The notes under the pieces were generated by a model, which ran no database searches, was not told where the DNA came from, and worked only from the letters and a program-made list of their open reading frames with translations. A program made the translations under genes and the position numbers. This document shows, piece after piece, positions 17,380 through 27,451 of a stretch of 64,000 nucleotides of DNA. Source of the DNA: a virus. Each line of letters begins with the position of its first letter. Position 1 is the stretch's first letter. The stretch spans positions 1 through 64,000 of the IMG/VR virus record IMGVR_UViG_3300044961_000421, one strand, 5' to 3'.

Positions 17380-17658
17380 TTACCTCACTCTTATTGCTAA
17401 TATTTTATCTAATGCTTCCTGTTTTGTCATTCCACAAATCATTCTTGTATACTGAACGGGTTTAGTATACATAAACAATAATATCCAAAATGCTTTTTTA
17501 AATCCTAATTCTTTAAATGGATTTCCAGGAAATTCTTCAACCGTTTCTATAGCAGAAATAACAGATTGTCTGGGAATTAAATCACTATCATCGAACGGAA
17601 TATCATTATATTCAAAAAAACTTTTTTCATTATTTTCATTCATAGGGAAAATCTCCAT
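17380..17658 (-). CDS. Hypothetical protein
   Basis: ORF track; in operon. Confidence 0.55.
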   Translation of the reverse strand: MEIFPMNENNEKSFFEYNDIPFDDSDLIPRQSVISAIETVEEFPGNPFKELGFKKAFWILLFMYTKPVQYTRMICGMTKQEALDKILAIRVR

Positions 17659-18088
17659 ACATTTGTTTTAAGATATCTATTTCTTCTTTAGCCTTTTTTG
17701 TTGATGACTCTAAAAGAGACAAACAAGTATTACAGTATGATTCCAAAAAAGATTCATAATTTTTTTCAACATTTTTTAAATAATCTTGGTATTCTTCAAA
17801 TGTCATATTATTTAAATCCAATGTAGATTCAAATTTATTTCTTTCATTCAAAAATTTGATGAATTCTCGTTTCTTCATGATAGCATCTTCTGGAATATTT
17901 AAATTAACCATGTGTTCGGCAATAAAATTTTCGATGCCTTCGATGATCGCAAGAATGTTAGAGATTGCTACAATAGGAATTTTTGCTTCATATAAAAAAC
18001 TCTGAACTACTTCTTCCAAACAAAACAATAGAATTCTAATTTTGTTCAAAATAAAACAACTTTCTTTTACTTTCTGTTGGTCATTCAT
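17636..18088 (-). CDS. Hypothetical protein
   Basis: ORF track; in operon. Confidence 0.6.
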   Translation of the reverse strand: MNDQQKVKESCFILNKIRILLFCLEEVVQSFLYEAKIPIVAISNILAIIEGIENFIAEHMVNLNIPEDAIMKKREFIKFLNERNKFESTLDLNNMTFEEYQDYLKNVEKNYESFLESYCNTCLSLLESSTKKAKEEIDILKQMYGDFPYE

Positions 18089-18099
18089 ATAATTATCAC

Positions 18100-18636
18100 C
18101 TATATATTATTTATGGGTTTCAAAATCATGTTATGGGTTACAAAATCATGTAGATACTTTAATTCATCGTATCCTATATCTCGTTCTTCACAAAAATTGG
18201 AAAGGTAAGAAGAAACGGATAGCAGAATACTACGATGTAAAGCATCAATTCTTGGAAGTATCTTTAATTTGGAAAAATGTTTGATTCCGTTTTCCCATGC
18301 TCTCGCCTCACATAAACATGTGAGATTTTCATAATGTTTATCGAGATACTTATTTTCGATCATGTGTCCATGTTCGTGAATTAAAATTGATGAAATATCA
18401 TGCCAAGAAAGAGATTTTCCTATTTTAATTCTAACTGCTTTTCCATAATATGCTGTTGCATCTATATATGGATAGCTCAGTTCTGATTTACAAAACACAA
18501 CCTTATAATATTTTTTACATTCTTCCAAAATTTTCTCAAAGGTTTCAAATCCTTCATCATTATTCACACACCTTTTCAATTCGTTCAGAGATAATTCATG
18601 ATTATTAGATCCCATACATACTCCTAAACATATCAC
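18100..18636 (-). CDS. Putative HExxH zinc metallopeptidase
   Basis: ILIHEHGH...E.RAW. Confidence 0.6.
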   Translation of the reverse strand: MICLGVCMGSNNHELSLNELKRCVNNDEGFETFEKILEECKKYYKVVFCKSELSYPYIDATAYYGKAVRIKIGKSLSWHDISSILIHEHGHMIENKYLDKHYENLTCLCEARAWENGIKHFSKLKILPRIDALHRSILLSVSSYLSNFCEERDIGYDELKYLHDFVTHNMILKPINNI

Positions 18637-19246
18637 GAACAGTTATTAATTTATCCAAAAAATCGTTTTTCTTCACTTCATAAATGTCCACTTTCAAATT
18701 ATCCGTCAAGAGTATCATGATTACAATATCATCTATTTTTGTTCCGGTTCTTTCCTCAAATGCTTCAGCATAAAAGGAACCTTGAATAAAGTAGGATTCC
18801 AACCATTCTAATTTTTTCTTTCTCCTGTTTGTTTTGAAATCTATAACCGTTGGTTTACCATCATAAACACAAATACAATCCGAACGTCCAGCAATTTTAT
18901 ATTTATCAGACCAAATTGTTTTTTCTTGGCAATAAATTTCTGTAATCTTTGATAGACTAGGAAGAAATGCTCTGAAATCAACCGTCTCCTTAATAGGTTC
19001 ATTCTTAAGATATTTTTCAACAATTTCATGAAGAGAAGTTCCTCGGCGTGTCGCGGTTGAAGAAATCTTATTTGCCGTTTTCTCTCCGACACGTCTTTTC
19101 CAATTACTAATAGTCTCCTCACTCAAAACGGATAATACTGTAGTGATAGAAGGGTATAAGTTTCCTTCAGGAGTAACATATACCCTTATATCGTTTTCGT
19201 TTCGTATCGGAATATCCGGGATTTCAATGTTGTGTTGTATTATCAT
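18605..19246 (-). CDS. PD-(D/E)XK exonuclease (T4-like/cyanophage family)
   Basis: YPSITTVL, RGT.LH, AGRSDC...IDFKT. Confidence 0.9.
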   Translation of the reverse strand: MIIQHNIEIPDIPIRNENDIRVYVTPEGNLYPSITTVLSVLSEETISNWKRRVGEKTANKISSTATRRGTSLHEIVEKYLKNEPIKETVDFRAFLPSLSKITEIYCQEKTIWSDKYKIAGRSDCICVYDGKPTVIDFKTNRRKKKLEWLESYFIQGSFYAEAFEERTGTKIDDIVIMILLTDNLKVDIYEVKKNDFLDKLITVRDMFRSMYGI

Positions 19247-19260
19247 CTAACTATAGTTTA

Positions 19261-19980
19261 TCACACTTTCTTGTTGGATTCAAGCTTATATTTCATTTCG
19301 ATATAATTTTTCACCAGCTTGCTTCTTACTATGTCTTCGACACCAAATTCTATATACTCAAAATCATCCTTCATCTCAAAAAGGATATCCAAAAATTTTA
19401 ACAATCCTTCTTTTTCATGATGTTTAATCAAATCCGTTTGCGCGTAATCGCCGCAGAAAAAAAGGCGGCAGTTATTACCGGTCCTTGTAATAATCGTATC
19501 AAGTTCTTGGAAATTCATGTTTTGAATTTCATCAACAATAACCAAACAGTTCTCGAAAGTTTTTCCTCGTAAAAAGGATGTGGAAATAAATTCTATATAT
19601 CCTTTTGTTTTCATTACGTCGAGTGCATCCCCTCGTTCAAACAAATCGGAAAGAATATATTTATAGGCAGCCTCGTATTCCGCCATCTTTTCTTTCGCAT
19701 CACCGGGTAGGTGTCCCATTTCCCTACTCTGTACACATGACCGTATAATTACAACTTTGTTATATGGATCACATTTGCTCTTTAATAAAGTTCTAAGAGC
19801 TAAATAAATGGCAATAAAGGTTTTCCCTGTTCCAGCAACACCATGCATTAGAACATTGAACCCTTCTTCCCAAGATTCAAACACATATTCTTGCCCAGGT
19901 GTTTTTGGAACAATATTTCTCAATCTAAATGTAGCATCTATACCATTCATAGTTTTTTTTGTTATTTGTTTTTTTGCCAT
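19261..19980 (-). CDS. phoH: PhoH-family ATPase
   Basis: GVAGTGKT, GHLPG, FLRG.TF, DEIQN, GD..QTD, VRS.LVK. Confidence 0.95.
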   Translation of the reverse strand: MAKKQITKKTMNGIDATFRLRNIVPKTPGQEYVFESWEEGFNVLMHGVAGTGKTFIAIYLALRTLLKSKCDPYNKVVIIRSCVQSREMGHLPGDAKEKMAEYEAAYKYILSDLFERGDALDVMKTKGYIEFISTSFLRGKTFENCLVIVDEIQNMNFQELDTIITRTGNNCRLFFCGDYAQTDLIKHHEKEGLLKFLDILFEMKDDFEYIEFGVEDIVRSKLVKNYIEMKYKLESNKKV

Positions 19981-20010
19981 TCTGGTCCCTTAAAGATAAG
20001 TAGATACAAC

Positions 20011-20046
20011 AAAAGGTAAGCCGCATTGATATACGGCTTACCTTTT
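20011..20046. terminator. Terminator-like hairpin
   Basis: aaaaggtaagccg...cggcttacctttt. Confidence 0.65.
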
Positions 20047-20090
20047 GGAGGAGTGAATTTGATATGAAACTCACAACCGTATTTAGAAAA

Positions 20091-20351
20091 TCAAATATCT
20101 TTAATTGTGGAACCAGGATGTGCTTTTTTAATTTCTTTTAATCTACTCCTAAAATCATCATTTGGTTTTATTCTTCCCATTTTCCATGGGTCACCAAAAT
20201 TTGCCTTTGTTACAATTTGTTCAATTTCACAATTTCCGTCACCGGCACAACCTTCCGGTTTTTCAGAAAGAGGCTTTTCCATATCTTTCATTGGAAGAAG
20301 CCTTTCGTATTCATAACCACATTTCTTACATCTGTAGTTGTATAGTGGCAT
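20091..20351 (-). CDS. FmdB-family zinc ribbon protein (T4-like type)
   Basis: MPLYNYRCKKCG...F...L..IKKAHPGSTI. Confidence 0.85.
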   Translation of the reverse strand: MPLYNYRCKKCGYEYERLLPMKDMEKPLSEKPEGCAGDGNCEIEQIVTKANFGDPWKMGRIKPNDDFRSRLKEIKKAHPGSTIKDI

Positions 20352-20476
20352 TTTCGTTTCTCTTATTTTTAAAAATAAGTTATCTCCTAATTTAAAGTAA
20401 TATAATCGTAATCATTAATATTTTTTAATGATGTATTTGTTTATATCTACTAACCAAAATATTATTCATCCTTTTT

Positions 20477-20971
20477 CTATACCATAAAAATTTTATCTTT
20501 AAACCATTTCGGCATCGAACGTGGTGGATTCCATTTTGCTAAATGTTGCTTACAAAAAATATAATATTTACGATAGGAGGAAAATGGATCACCATCAACA
20601 TGACAAAATTCTGGCATACAAAGAGGAATTGGTGTAATAGCACCATTCTCTCTCAATGGTGGTGTTGGTAAAGACAATATAGTATCATACGCCTTATGAT
20701 TACGAGCAATAGGATGATTAAAACGAATTCTCCACTCATTATTTAGCGCCTCCGCATAAGATTTCATCCAGTTCCAATTTTCTATACATTCTCGAACCCA
20801 CCTTGATGTAGGGTGGTTGATATAAGACGCTTTATATCCGCAATCAATACCATTCACTCGACAAGCTGTACTCATCATCTGAGCACATTCAAGAGGAATT
20901 TTTACAATATGAGAATCAACATGATAGGAAGCCGAAATTTCAAAATTTTCATCTAATGGAAAGATATTCAT
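20477..20971 (-). CDS. Pyrimidine-dimer DNA glycosylase / DenV-like family protein
   Basis: MNIF.LD...A.YH.D.H.VK..LE.AQM.ST, NHP.S.W.R; start ATG20971 set by TTGACA-17-TATAAT-6-ATG. Confidence 0.85.
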   Translation of the reverse strand: MNIFPLDENFEISASYHVDSHIVKIPLECAQMMSTACRVNGIDCGYKASYINHPTSRWVRECIENWNWMKSYAEALNNEWRIRFNHPIARNHKAYDTILSLPTPPLRENGAITPIPLCMPEFCHVDGDPFSSYRKYYIFCKQHLAKWNPPRSMPKWFKDKIFMV

Positions 20972-21247
20972 ACTCTTATTATACAATATTATTTCTATGT
21001 TGTCAACTTTAAACAATTGTGATACTTTGGTCGAATTCTTCCTTATCTCTATATCCACCACTATCCAAATAAACCCACCTTCGGAGAACCAATTCTATAA
21101 CTTTCTGAAATTCTTCATCATCGACATTTTTTGGCAAATGCGGTGAGAGCAAGATTTTGCCACACCATCATTAGAGAAATGCCTTTCCAATTTACATCCA
21201 AAAATCAAACAAAATTTTCTCTTTTCCGGAATATGTGTATTCTTTTT

Positions 21248-22345
21248 TCATGTCAGTAATCCATGAGGGTGTGATTCTCGTAATCCTGCATGTGTAATTT
21301 CGACAAATCTAGCATTTTCTCTCAGTTCAGCAATATTCATTGCTCCACAGTAAGACATACCAGAACGTAATCCATCGCACAAACCGTTAATAATATTCTC
21401 TACAGCACCCTTATAAGGAACCAATGCCTCGGTTCCTTCGATGAATGCTACACGCTCATTCCTATCTTTTTTGTCGGCAAAAGACGCCGATCCTCGATAT
21501 ACTTTATAGAGAGAACCATTATTTCCTTTTATAACATTTCCTGGTGCCTCTTTTGTTCCGGCAAGCAAACTACCGAGCATCACGGCATTTGCGCCAGCAG
21601 CCAGAGATTTTACAATATCTCCACTTGATTTAATACCTCCATCAGCGATAATACCGCAATTGAAACAATTTCCCGAAAAAATATCCATAACAGAATGTAG
21701 TGTTGGTATTCCACATCCGGTCATAATTCTTGTTGTACACAAAGAACCACCACCAATACCAACTTTAAAAGAAATATTATTTTTGATATAAACATCAATT
21801 TTTTCTAGAGTTAATCCTTTTTGTTTTAGAACATTTATAACTATAGAAATTATATTCTTATATGCTCGTTCTGTCGCAATATTACCAAAAATTACCGGGA
21901 AATTAAATGTTTCCTGCATTTCCATATATCTGGAAACAACATTCAAAACCTTGATATTATCAGCATGAGCCACATCCAAACAAAGAATGTCCGCTCCATA
22001 CTTGATACCAACCTCTACCTGTTCCTTCCAATTATCTTGGACTCCAAATGAAACACCAATAGCACCAGAATCGGGAACACGATCAATATTTCTATATGGT
22101 TCGAGAATACCAATAACTTCTTCTAGTGGAATCGTTCTTGGAATAATAGCCATTCCACCTAAGCGCATCATTTCTGAAACCATATCTTTTCCTGTCACTG
22201 AAGACATGTTTGCAGAAATGATTGGAATTTTGAGCTTAATTCCGGAAATGGTAGTTGAAATGTCAATATCATTTCTGGAACCGCAAGTAGAATATTGTGG
22301 TTCTAGGAGTACATCATCAAACGAAAGAGCCTTTTTAAAGTACAT
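21248..22345 (-). CDS. IMP dehydrogenase / GMP reductase family protein (no CBS domains)
   Basis: LSFDDVLL.P, KVGIGGGSLCTTR, IADGGI..SGDIVK.LAAGA, YRGSAS. Confidence 0.92.
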   Translation of the reverse strand: MYFKKALSFDDVLLEPQYSTCGSRNDIDISTTISGIKLKIPIISANMSSVTGKDMVSEMMRLGGMAIIPRTIPLEEVIGILEPYRNIDRVPDSGAIGVSFGVQDNWKEQVEVGIKYGADILCLDVAHADNIKVLNVVSRYMEMQETFNFPVIFGNIATERAYKNIISIVINVLKQKGLTLEKIDVYIKNNISFKVGIGGGSLCTTRIMTGCGIPTLHSVMDIFSGNCFNCGIIADGGIKSSGDIVKSLAAGANAVMLGSLLAGTKEAPGNVIKGNNGSLYKVYRGSASFADKKDRNERVAFIEGTEALVPYKGAVENIINGLCDGLRSGMSYCGAMNIAELRENARFVEITHAGLRESHPHGLLT

Positions 22346-22700
22346 TATATTCTTTTATCCTCTTTTTCATTAAACGCAAAATAGCATTCTTGTTAAATTT
22401 AATGATATCTTTTTCTTCCAAAATAGAAAGAACATAATTTAAGTATTCTGTAGGATTTTCAACAAACATCCAAACGATATTTGTTTGTGTTTCCAACTTT
22501 TCTTGAAGAGCAATGGACAACTCTGCTTCAACAATATCTAATATTGTTTTAGCCAACTTATCTTCGGATTTATATTCATCTCCGGAGTTTCCGAAATAAT
22601 CATCTAGGATATCATCAATACCTTCTGTTTCTAAAAAATTATCACAAACCTTTTTGTTATTTTTCTTAATAATAAATTTTTTCATTATATTATATTTCAT
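22335..22700 (-). CDS. Hypothetical protein
   Basis: ORF track. Confidence 0.6.
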   Translation of the reverse strand: MKYNIMKKFIIKKNNKKVCDNFLETEGIDDILDDYFGNSGDEYKSEDKLAKTILDIVEAELSIALQEKLETQTNIVWMFVENPTEYLNYVLSILEEKDIIKFNKNAILRLMKKRIKEYNVL

Positions 22701-22848
22701 CCTTTATCTTTTGTTTCAATTTTTGATCAACGATAGTTCTGTTGCTTCGGCACCATGGACAAGAACCGGAATTCTTACACGAACTATCATATAATCTAGG
22801 TCCATAAATCTTTTTCTTTTTATCGGTTTGCTTTCTTCTCCAACTCAT
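22690..22848 (-). CDS. Small basic Cys-rich protein (52 aa, not in the ORF track)
   Basis: MSWRRKQTDKKKKIYGPRLYDSSCKNSGSCPWCRSNR...; fills the gap exactly. Confidence 0.7.
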   Translation of the reverse strand: MSWRRKQTDKKKKIYGPRLYDSSCKNSGSCPWCRSNRTIVDQKLKQKIKDEI

Positions 22849-22849
22849 A

Positions 22850-23951
22850 TTACTCTCTCACCTTCATTAATTTGAACATTTTTTTTGGTGGGTGTGTTCT
22901 CACCCAATGTTCAACATTTTTCACTTTTCCATCATATAGTGCAAAAAATGCTGATTTAAACAAATTATATTTAGGTGTTTGAAGAACAAGAGCAAAATCC
23001 TTCCTTGTTTTAAACACCATTTGTGTCAATTCTTCCCACTGTTCGGAAAGATGATATATCAGGTTTTCATACAAACCATGTATATTTTTGAATGATCTTT
23101 CCAAATCAGGAAAATATGTCAATATTTCGGATGTTTCTCCTTTTTGTATCAATTCGACTATTTTTTCTTCATTAAGAGTATCTTTTAGGTGATGAAGAAT
23201 TACATACTTTGGAGATTTTATTTTTAAACGATTATAATACTTATCAACAAGAACAAAACCTTCCTGCTCATTTGGATTTAAGTTTTTGGACATTTCTATG
23301 ACATCGTTTACCGTTTGTACCGGGAATTCCCGGACAGGATTTAATTCTTGAAATTTTTGCACATCCAAAGAAACACCCGTTTTGTTGTGGCGTACACCTA
23401 TTAATGTCAATTTTCCTTCATTATCTCCCTGAACGACAACTATTCTGTTATATTTTGATTCCAACTCGAAACAATAAGTATATGATTCATCCAATACTTT
23501 CAATACTCCATCATTTTGGTGGGTAAATATTTTCCAAAATAGTTGACTAAATGTAAAGTTTTCGTTACCCATATTTCCACCCGCATCAGGAGATCCCTTT
23601 GACGCAACATGCCACTCGTTATCATAGTGATATAGTATCATCAAAGAACCATCAAGTTTTTCTTGAACCTTCATCGAAGAAAAATCAAAATTTTCTGTTT
23701 CAAATTCTCCATAATTAAAGAATCTATCAAACGGGCGCGCAACAACTTCATAATTATTTTCTTCATCGAGTATTATACCACGCAATTCACAAACTATTGG
23801 ATAATTTCTCACCTTTTGAGATTCCAGCCCATAACAAAACTGAAGAAGGTTGGGGTATTTCGTATGGTGCTTCGCAAAAACACCATATTGTTCTTCTAGC
23901 TTCGAAAGAGCATCTTCATTTTTTTAAAAGAAATTTTTGTAACTCAAGCAT
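22850..23951 (-). CDS. rnlA: RNA ligase 1 (T4 RnlA-like) with a 1-nt frameshift near the 5' end
   Basis: ELRG, RFFNYGE, EKLDGSL, EGFVLVD, RLKIKSP.YV..H; the N-terminus MLELQKFL is out of frame at the A7 run 23919-23925. Confidence 0.8.
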
Positions 23952-24054
23952 ACCAAAGCCATCCAATATTCATTCCTATGGATATGGATTTATGAAGTAT
24001 GAACATATCCACAGGATTATAAATTATCATATTACTATTATATCACAGTCTACT

Positions 24055-24852
24055 CTAATTATCAAGGTAAATAGAATTCAGGTAATCATATTTTCCTTGA
24101 GGATCTTGAGCACCGGTTTTCCATGGTTTTAGAATTTCAATATGTGTTTTATTATCAGATTCTATCAAAAACGCAGCAGTTCTCATATCAGTATCTATCA
24201 TATAATTTTCAGAATTATCTGATGATATATAAACAACATCTTTTCGTTGCGTATGTCCAAATAACTGATTAATACCTTCTGTTGGTTTATAATTTTGAAC
24301 ATCGCACCATGTAATGCCTCCATATGGTTGTGTACCACCACGATCATAACCGGCTAATAGAAACATATCCACAAATCCGGTATTCACCTTTCCTTTAATT
24401 TTCTCATTGAGTTTTGGAAAAAATTCATATCCACAATCTTGGAACGAAACACCAATCAATTCTTTTGTTATACCTGCATGAGATAGAACATAATCACCAA
24501 CAACTCTGATAAAATCAAATCTATCTAGATAAGGTGCCAAAATTTTATTTACTCTCTTCGCTTCTGTTGGTTGGAATCCCGCACAACTATATTCGTATGC
24601 TGAATTTATATATAGATAACGGATATCATGGTTTCCAACAAGAAAGGTATAATTTTCGTTTTTTTCAATAAGACTTCTGAGCCATTCTGCCGTTTCTGTT
24701 GCTGAAAAGATTCTCCTGAAGGAATCAAAATAATCTCCCAAAAAAACAACAGAATCATATTTACCTCGAAGACTGTTTAAAAGGTGGTTTGCTCTCCCAA
24801 TGGCTTGGTGAATATCAGGAATCACTAGTGTCGTTTTTTTTGTCATTTTCAT
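24055..24852 (-). CDS. Calcineurin-like metallophosphoesterase
   Basis: PDIH, LGDYFD, GNHD, SHAG, FGHT. Confidence 0.9.
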   Translation of the reverse strand: MKMTKKTTLVIPDIHQAIGRANHLLNSLRGKYDSVVFLGDYFDSFRRIFSATETAEWLRSLIEKNENYTFLVGNHDIRYLYINSAYEYSCAGFQPTEAKRVNKILAPYLDRFDFIRVVGDYVLSHAGITKELIGVSFQDCGYEFFPKLNEKIKGKVNTGFVDMFLLAGYDRGGTQPYGGITWCDVQNYKPTEGINQLFGHTQRKDVVYISSDNSENYMIDTDMRTAAFLIESDNKTHIEILKPWKTGAQDPQGKYDYLNSIYLDN

Positions 24853-25218
24853 TAGAAATCCTTTTTTTCAACCACATTAAAATGGGAGCACCCATTGGTA
24901 TCCACAATTCATTAATTGTGGGCGGTCATCAAACACTACAATTACATTATATCTGTTCCTGATGTGTTTGTCAAACAATTTTGTGTATAGTTCTTTACAC
25001 TTTTGATTATAATTCGTATCAGAAGAAATGGCAGGTATATTCCCATTAATTCTTTAAACCTCTTTTCCTATATGATGTTACTTCCGTTCCTCCTTCTCTA
25101 GACCAGTTTTCGTGGATACCCAATTCGAAAAGGATTTCGTCATGTTCAATAACAGTCGTACCAATTTTTTGTGCTAATTCCCGTGCTTGTGTGGATTTAC
25201 CAGAACAGGTCAAAATCA
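24853..25218 (-). pseudogene. pseT: Decayed polynucleotide kinase/phosphatase (PseT) remnant
   Basis: MILT-CSGKST.AR (truncated P-loop), then ISSDTN, then LFDKHIR.RYNV..VFDDRPQ, in broken frames and with most of the gene deleted. Confidence 0.7.
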
Positions 25219-25461
25219 TAAATAAATCCACTTCTATATTTTTGCATAATTTCTTTAAGATATGCTTCTGCTTCTTCTTTCGGCATATCACCAACATCAA
25301 TGTAAAATATTCTTCTTTCTGGTGAAAGACGATGTATTGTTATTTTATCTTTAATCGTTCTTGATTGATTTGGTGTTTTGATTGCTTTATGGAGTAGTTT
25401 CTTAAAAAAAGTTCATTTGTTATCTATCTTCCTATTAAAATAATATAAAAACAACAAAATA

Positions 25462-25920
25462 TCAATGTTTTCTTATTAATTTCTTTCTGAGAAGTTCTCT
25501 ATTTGTTTCAGAATCTTCTGGATTATAGATTTTGGCTGAAAGCATCAGTCCAACTTCATCAAAGTGCGGTTTCCATGAGAAAAAATCTTGCGTATGACCG
25601 GCTACAGATTTAAAATAATTTTTTGTATTATACCAATAATCATAAGCATGAACCATTTCATGCCCCAGGACTTCTAAAAAAGTAATAAATTGTGGATATT
25701 TCTTAGAAAGGTGAAGGCTCCAATATTTTGGTGACTTTTCGTTTTCATATCCCCCAACTTTACAATATCCAAAAGCATCGTCTCCTATATTATATATTTT
25801 AACTTCTTTCGGATAATGAACTAAATTGGAAAATATGCTATTATTTAATACACGAAACCAGTATAAAACCTTTTTATGGGTAGCAATATATTCCTTTTTT
25901 GAAAATATTACAGACATCAC
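25462..25920 (-). CDS. SprT-like metalloprotease
   Basis: LN..IF...L, LGHEMVH, H...F..W. Confidence 0.8.
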   Translation of the reverse strand: MMSVIFSKKEYIATHKKVLYWFRVLNNSIFSNLVHYPKEVKIYNIGDDAFGYCKVGGYENEKSPKYWSLHLSKKYPQFITFLEVLGHEMVHAYDYWYNTKNYFKSVAGHTQDFFSWKPHFDEVGLMLSAKIYNPEDSETNRELLRKKLIRKH

Positions 25921-26417
25921 AAAAGTTCCACATTTTTTTCTTTTTTATTTAAATGTCTTTCATAATCATATTCCACAATCAAACCAGGGAAAACTTCATC
26001 CAAAATTTCTTTTGTTACATTTGGTAAAATTATACTCTTTGAAAGAACGTTTATATAAAAAATTCCATCTTCAGCCGAGAGCAGTGAAAGAGCGCGAAGC
26101 AAAACATTTTTTCTATTAGCTTCTTCTCTTTTCAATTCTGATTCAGTTTTTTGTCTATTGTCATCAATAAACAAATAAAATAAATTGGATTCCCACCACA
26201 AACTATCTTCTTCTAATCCATTAGGATTTTCGGATGGCCTATAATTTGGTATTTCTGGTAAATTAATTTTCACAGATTTGTCAAAAATCAATTTAATATA
26301 ACGTCGAAGATAAGTATTATCCCAATGTTTCAGGAATGAGATGATTTCATCTTTATCCTTCAATGTTTTTAAAACATCAACTACTTCCCTCGGTGAATAA
26401 TTTTCTTGGTTTAACAT
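25917..26417 (-). CDS. Conserved T4-like/cyanophage hypothetical protein next to rnh
   Basis: FD..V...LP...P.Y, LYLF, LL..L...D, FPGLI pattern. Confidence 0.75.
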   Translation of the reverse strand: MLNQENYSPREVVDVLKTLKDKDEIISFLKHWDNTYLRRYIKLIFDKSVKINLPEIPNYRPSENPNGLEEDSLWWESNLFYLFIDDNRQKTESELKREEANRKNVLLRALSLLSAEDGIFYINVLSKSIILPNVTKEILDEVFPGLIVEYDYERHLNKKEKNVELL

Positions 26418-26420
26418 TCT

Positions 26421-27287
26421 TTAAAACTCCGAAATATAATCTTTCAATCTCTTTAATTTTTTAGAAACAAAATAATTAAATATTTTGCTTCTATCGGGTA
26501 CAAATGGTTTTTTAAATTCCTGATTTATTAAAAATTTTATAGAATCAGGAATCATTTCTAAATCTATCATCAAACGGTTCCGAATATATTTTTTCCCTAT
26601 TTCCGTATTTTCGTCAAACAAATCTTGAAGAGGTATACCGCTTCCTAACCATTCTTCAATTTTTGTTCTGCGAATTGGTGTTTGCCGCTTATTTTCAACC
26701 AAAAATGTATCATCATCAGACATTATATTCGGAACACCATCTCCAGGATCACCGAGAATAATTTTTTCTTGGAGAAACCGAATCGGATCATCCTCCCTTA
26801 TAAATTTCTTTTGAACAGGAGAAAACTGATAAACGTTTGGATATTTCTGTAATTGTGCAAAATCTTTATCTCCTGAGAGTATAAGTACCTTTTCTCCTAA
26901 TTCTGAATAATGTTTTGTTAGAAAGAAGATTATATCATCCGCCTCAACATGTGGAATCGAAAAAACACGATATGGCATATTCATTTTAATTTCTTCTTTA
27001 ACGATTTCTAAAACAGAAAAAAGATTCTTCCAATCAATCGGAGATTCATCACGATCCTTTTTGCGGTTTTTCTTATAATTTGGAAAAATGTGCTTTCTCC
27101 AATAATCATAACCATCACAACACAAGATCATTTCTCCATATTCTTGCTTAAATTTCTTATTATACATACGCAAAGAATTTAGGATCATGTGCCGTATAAT
27201 ATTTTCATCCATTTCAAAATTATTGAATGAAGTATACATCATAATATTTGAAACGGCGATTTGTGAAAAATCAACTAAAATTGGCAT
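26421..27287 (-). CDS. rnh: T4-type RNase H (5'-3' exonuclease)
   Basis: ILVDFSQI, YWRK.IFP.YK..RKK.R, EADD, SGDKDFAQL, GD.GDGVPN. Confidence 0.95.
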   Translation of the reverse strand: MPILVDFSQIAVSNIMMYTSFNNFEMDENIIRHMILNSLRMYNKKFKQEYGEMILCCDGYDYWRKHIFPNYKKNRKKDRDESPIDWKNLFSVLEIVKEEIKMNMPYRVFSIPHVEADDIIFFLTKHYSELGEKVLILSGDKDFAQLQKYPNVYQFSPVQKKFIREDDPIRFLQEKIILGDPGDGVPNIMSDDDTFLVENKRQTPIRRTKIEEWLGSGIPLQDLFDENTEIGKKYIRNRLMIDLEMIPDSIKFLINQEFKKPFVPDRSKIFNYFVSKKLKRLKDYISEF

Positions 27288-27451
27288 TAGTATTTTCCTA
27301 ATTTACCCCATGGGACAGGGTGTTTCCTAAGACACGTTCTACAATAATATATATCACCACCGGAATACATGACACCTCTATGGGTTCGGCGGCACCATCC
27401 ATACGCAAGTTTTTCTAAATTATATCCAATAATTTTTAAAAGTTTATTCAT
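27287..27451 (-). CDS. Small WC...H...Y.CR.CLR.HPVPW zinc-binding protein (54 aa, not in the ORF track)
   Basis: MNKLLKIIGYNLEKLAYGWCRRTHRGVMYSGGDIYYCRTCLRKHPVPWGKLGKY; overlaps both neighbours' start/stop codons. Confidence 0.7.
   Translation of the reverse strand: MNKLLKIIGYNLEKLAYGWCRRTHRGVMYSGGDIYYCRTCLRKHPVPWGKLGKY

Noticed and set aside
18605-19246. Cas4 or anti-CRISPR call
   Set aside because: Lacks the four-Cys Fe-S arrangement and matches the common T4-like exonuclease found next to phoH.
21050-21250. Possible gene remnant downstream of the GuaB/GuaC gene
   Set aside because: Only short broken frames with no recognisable motif.
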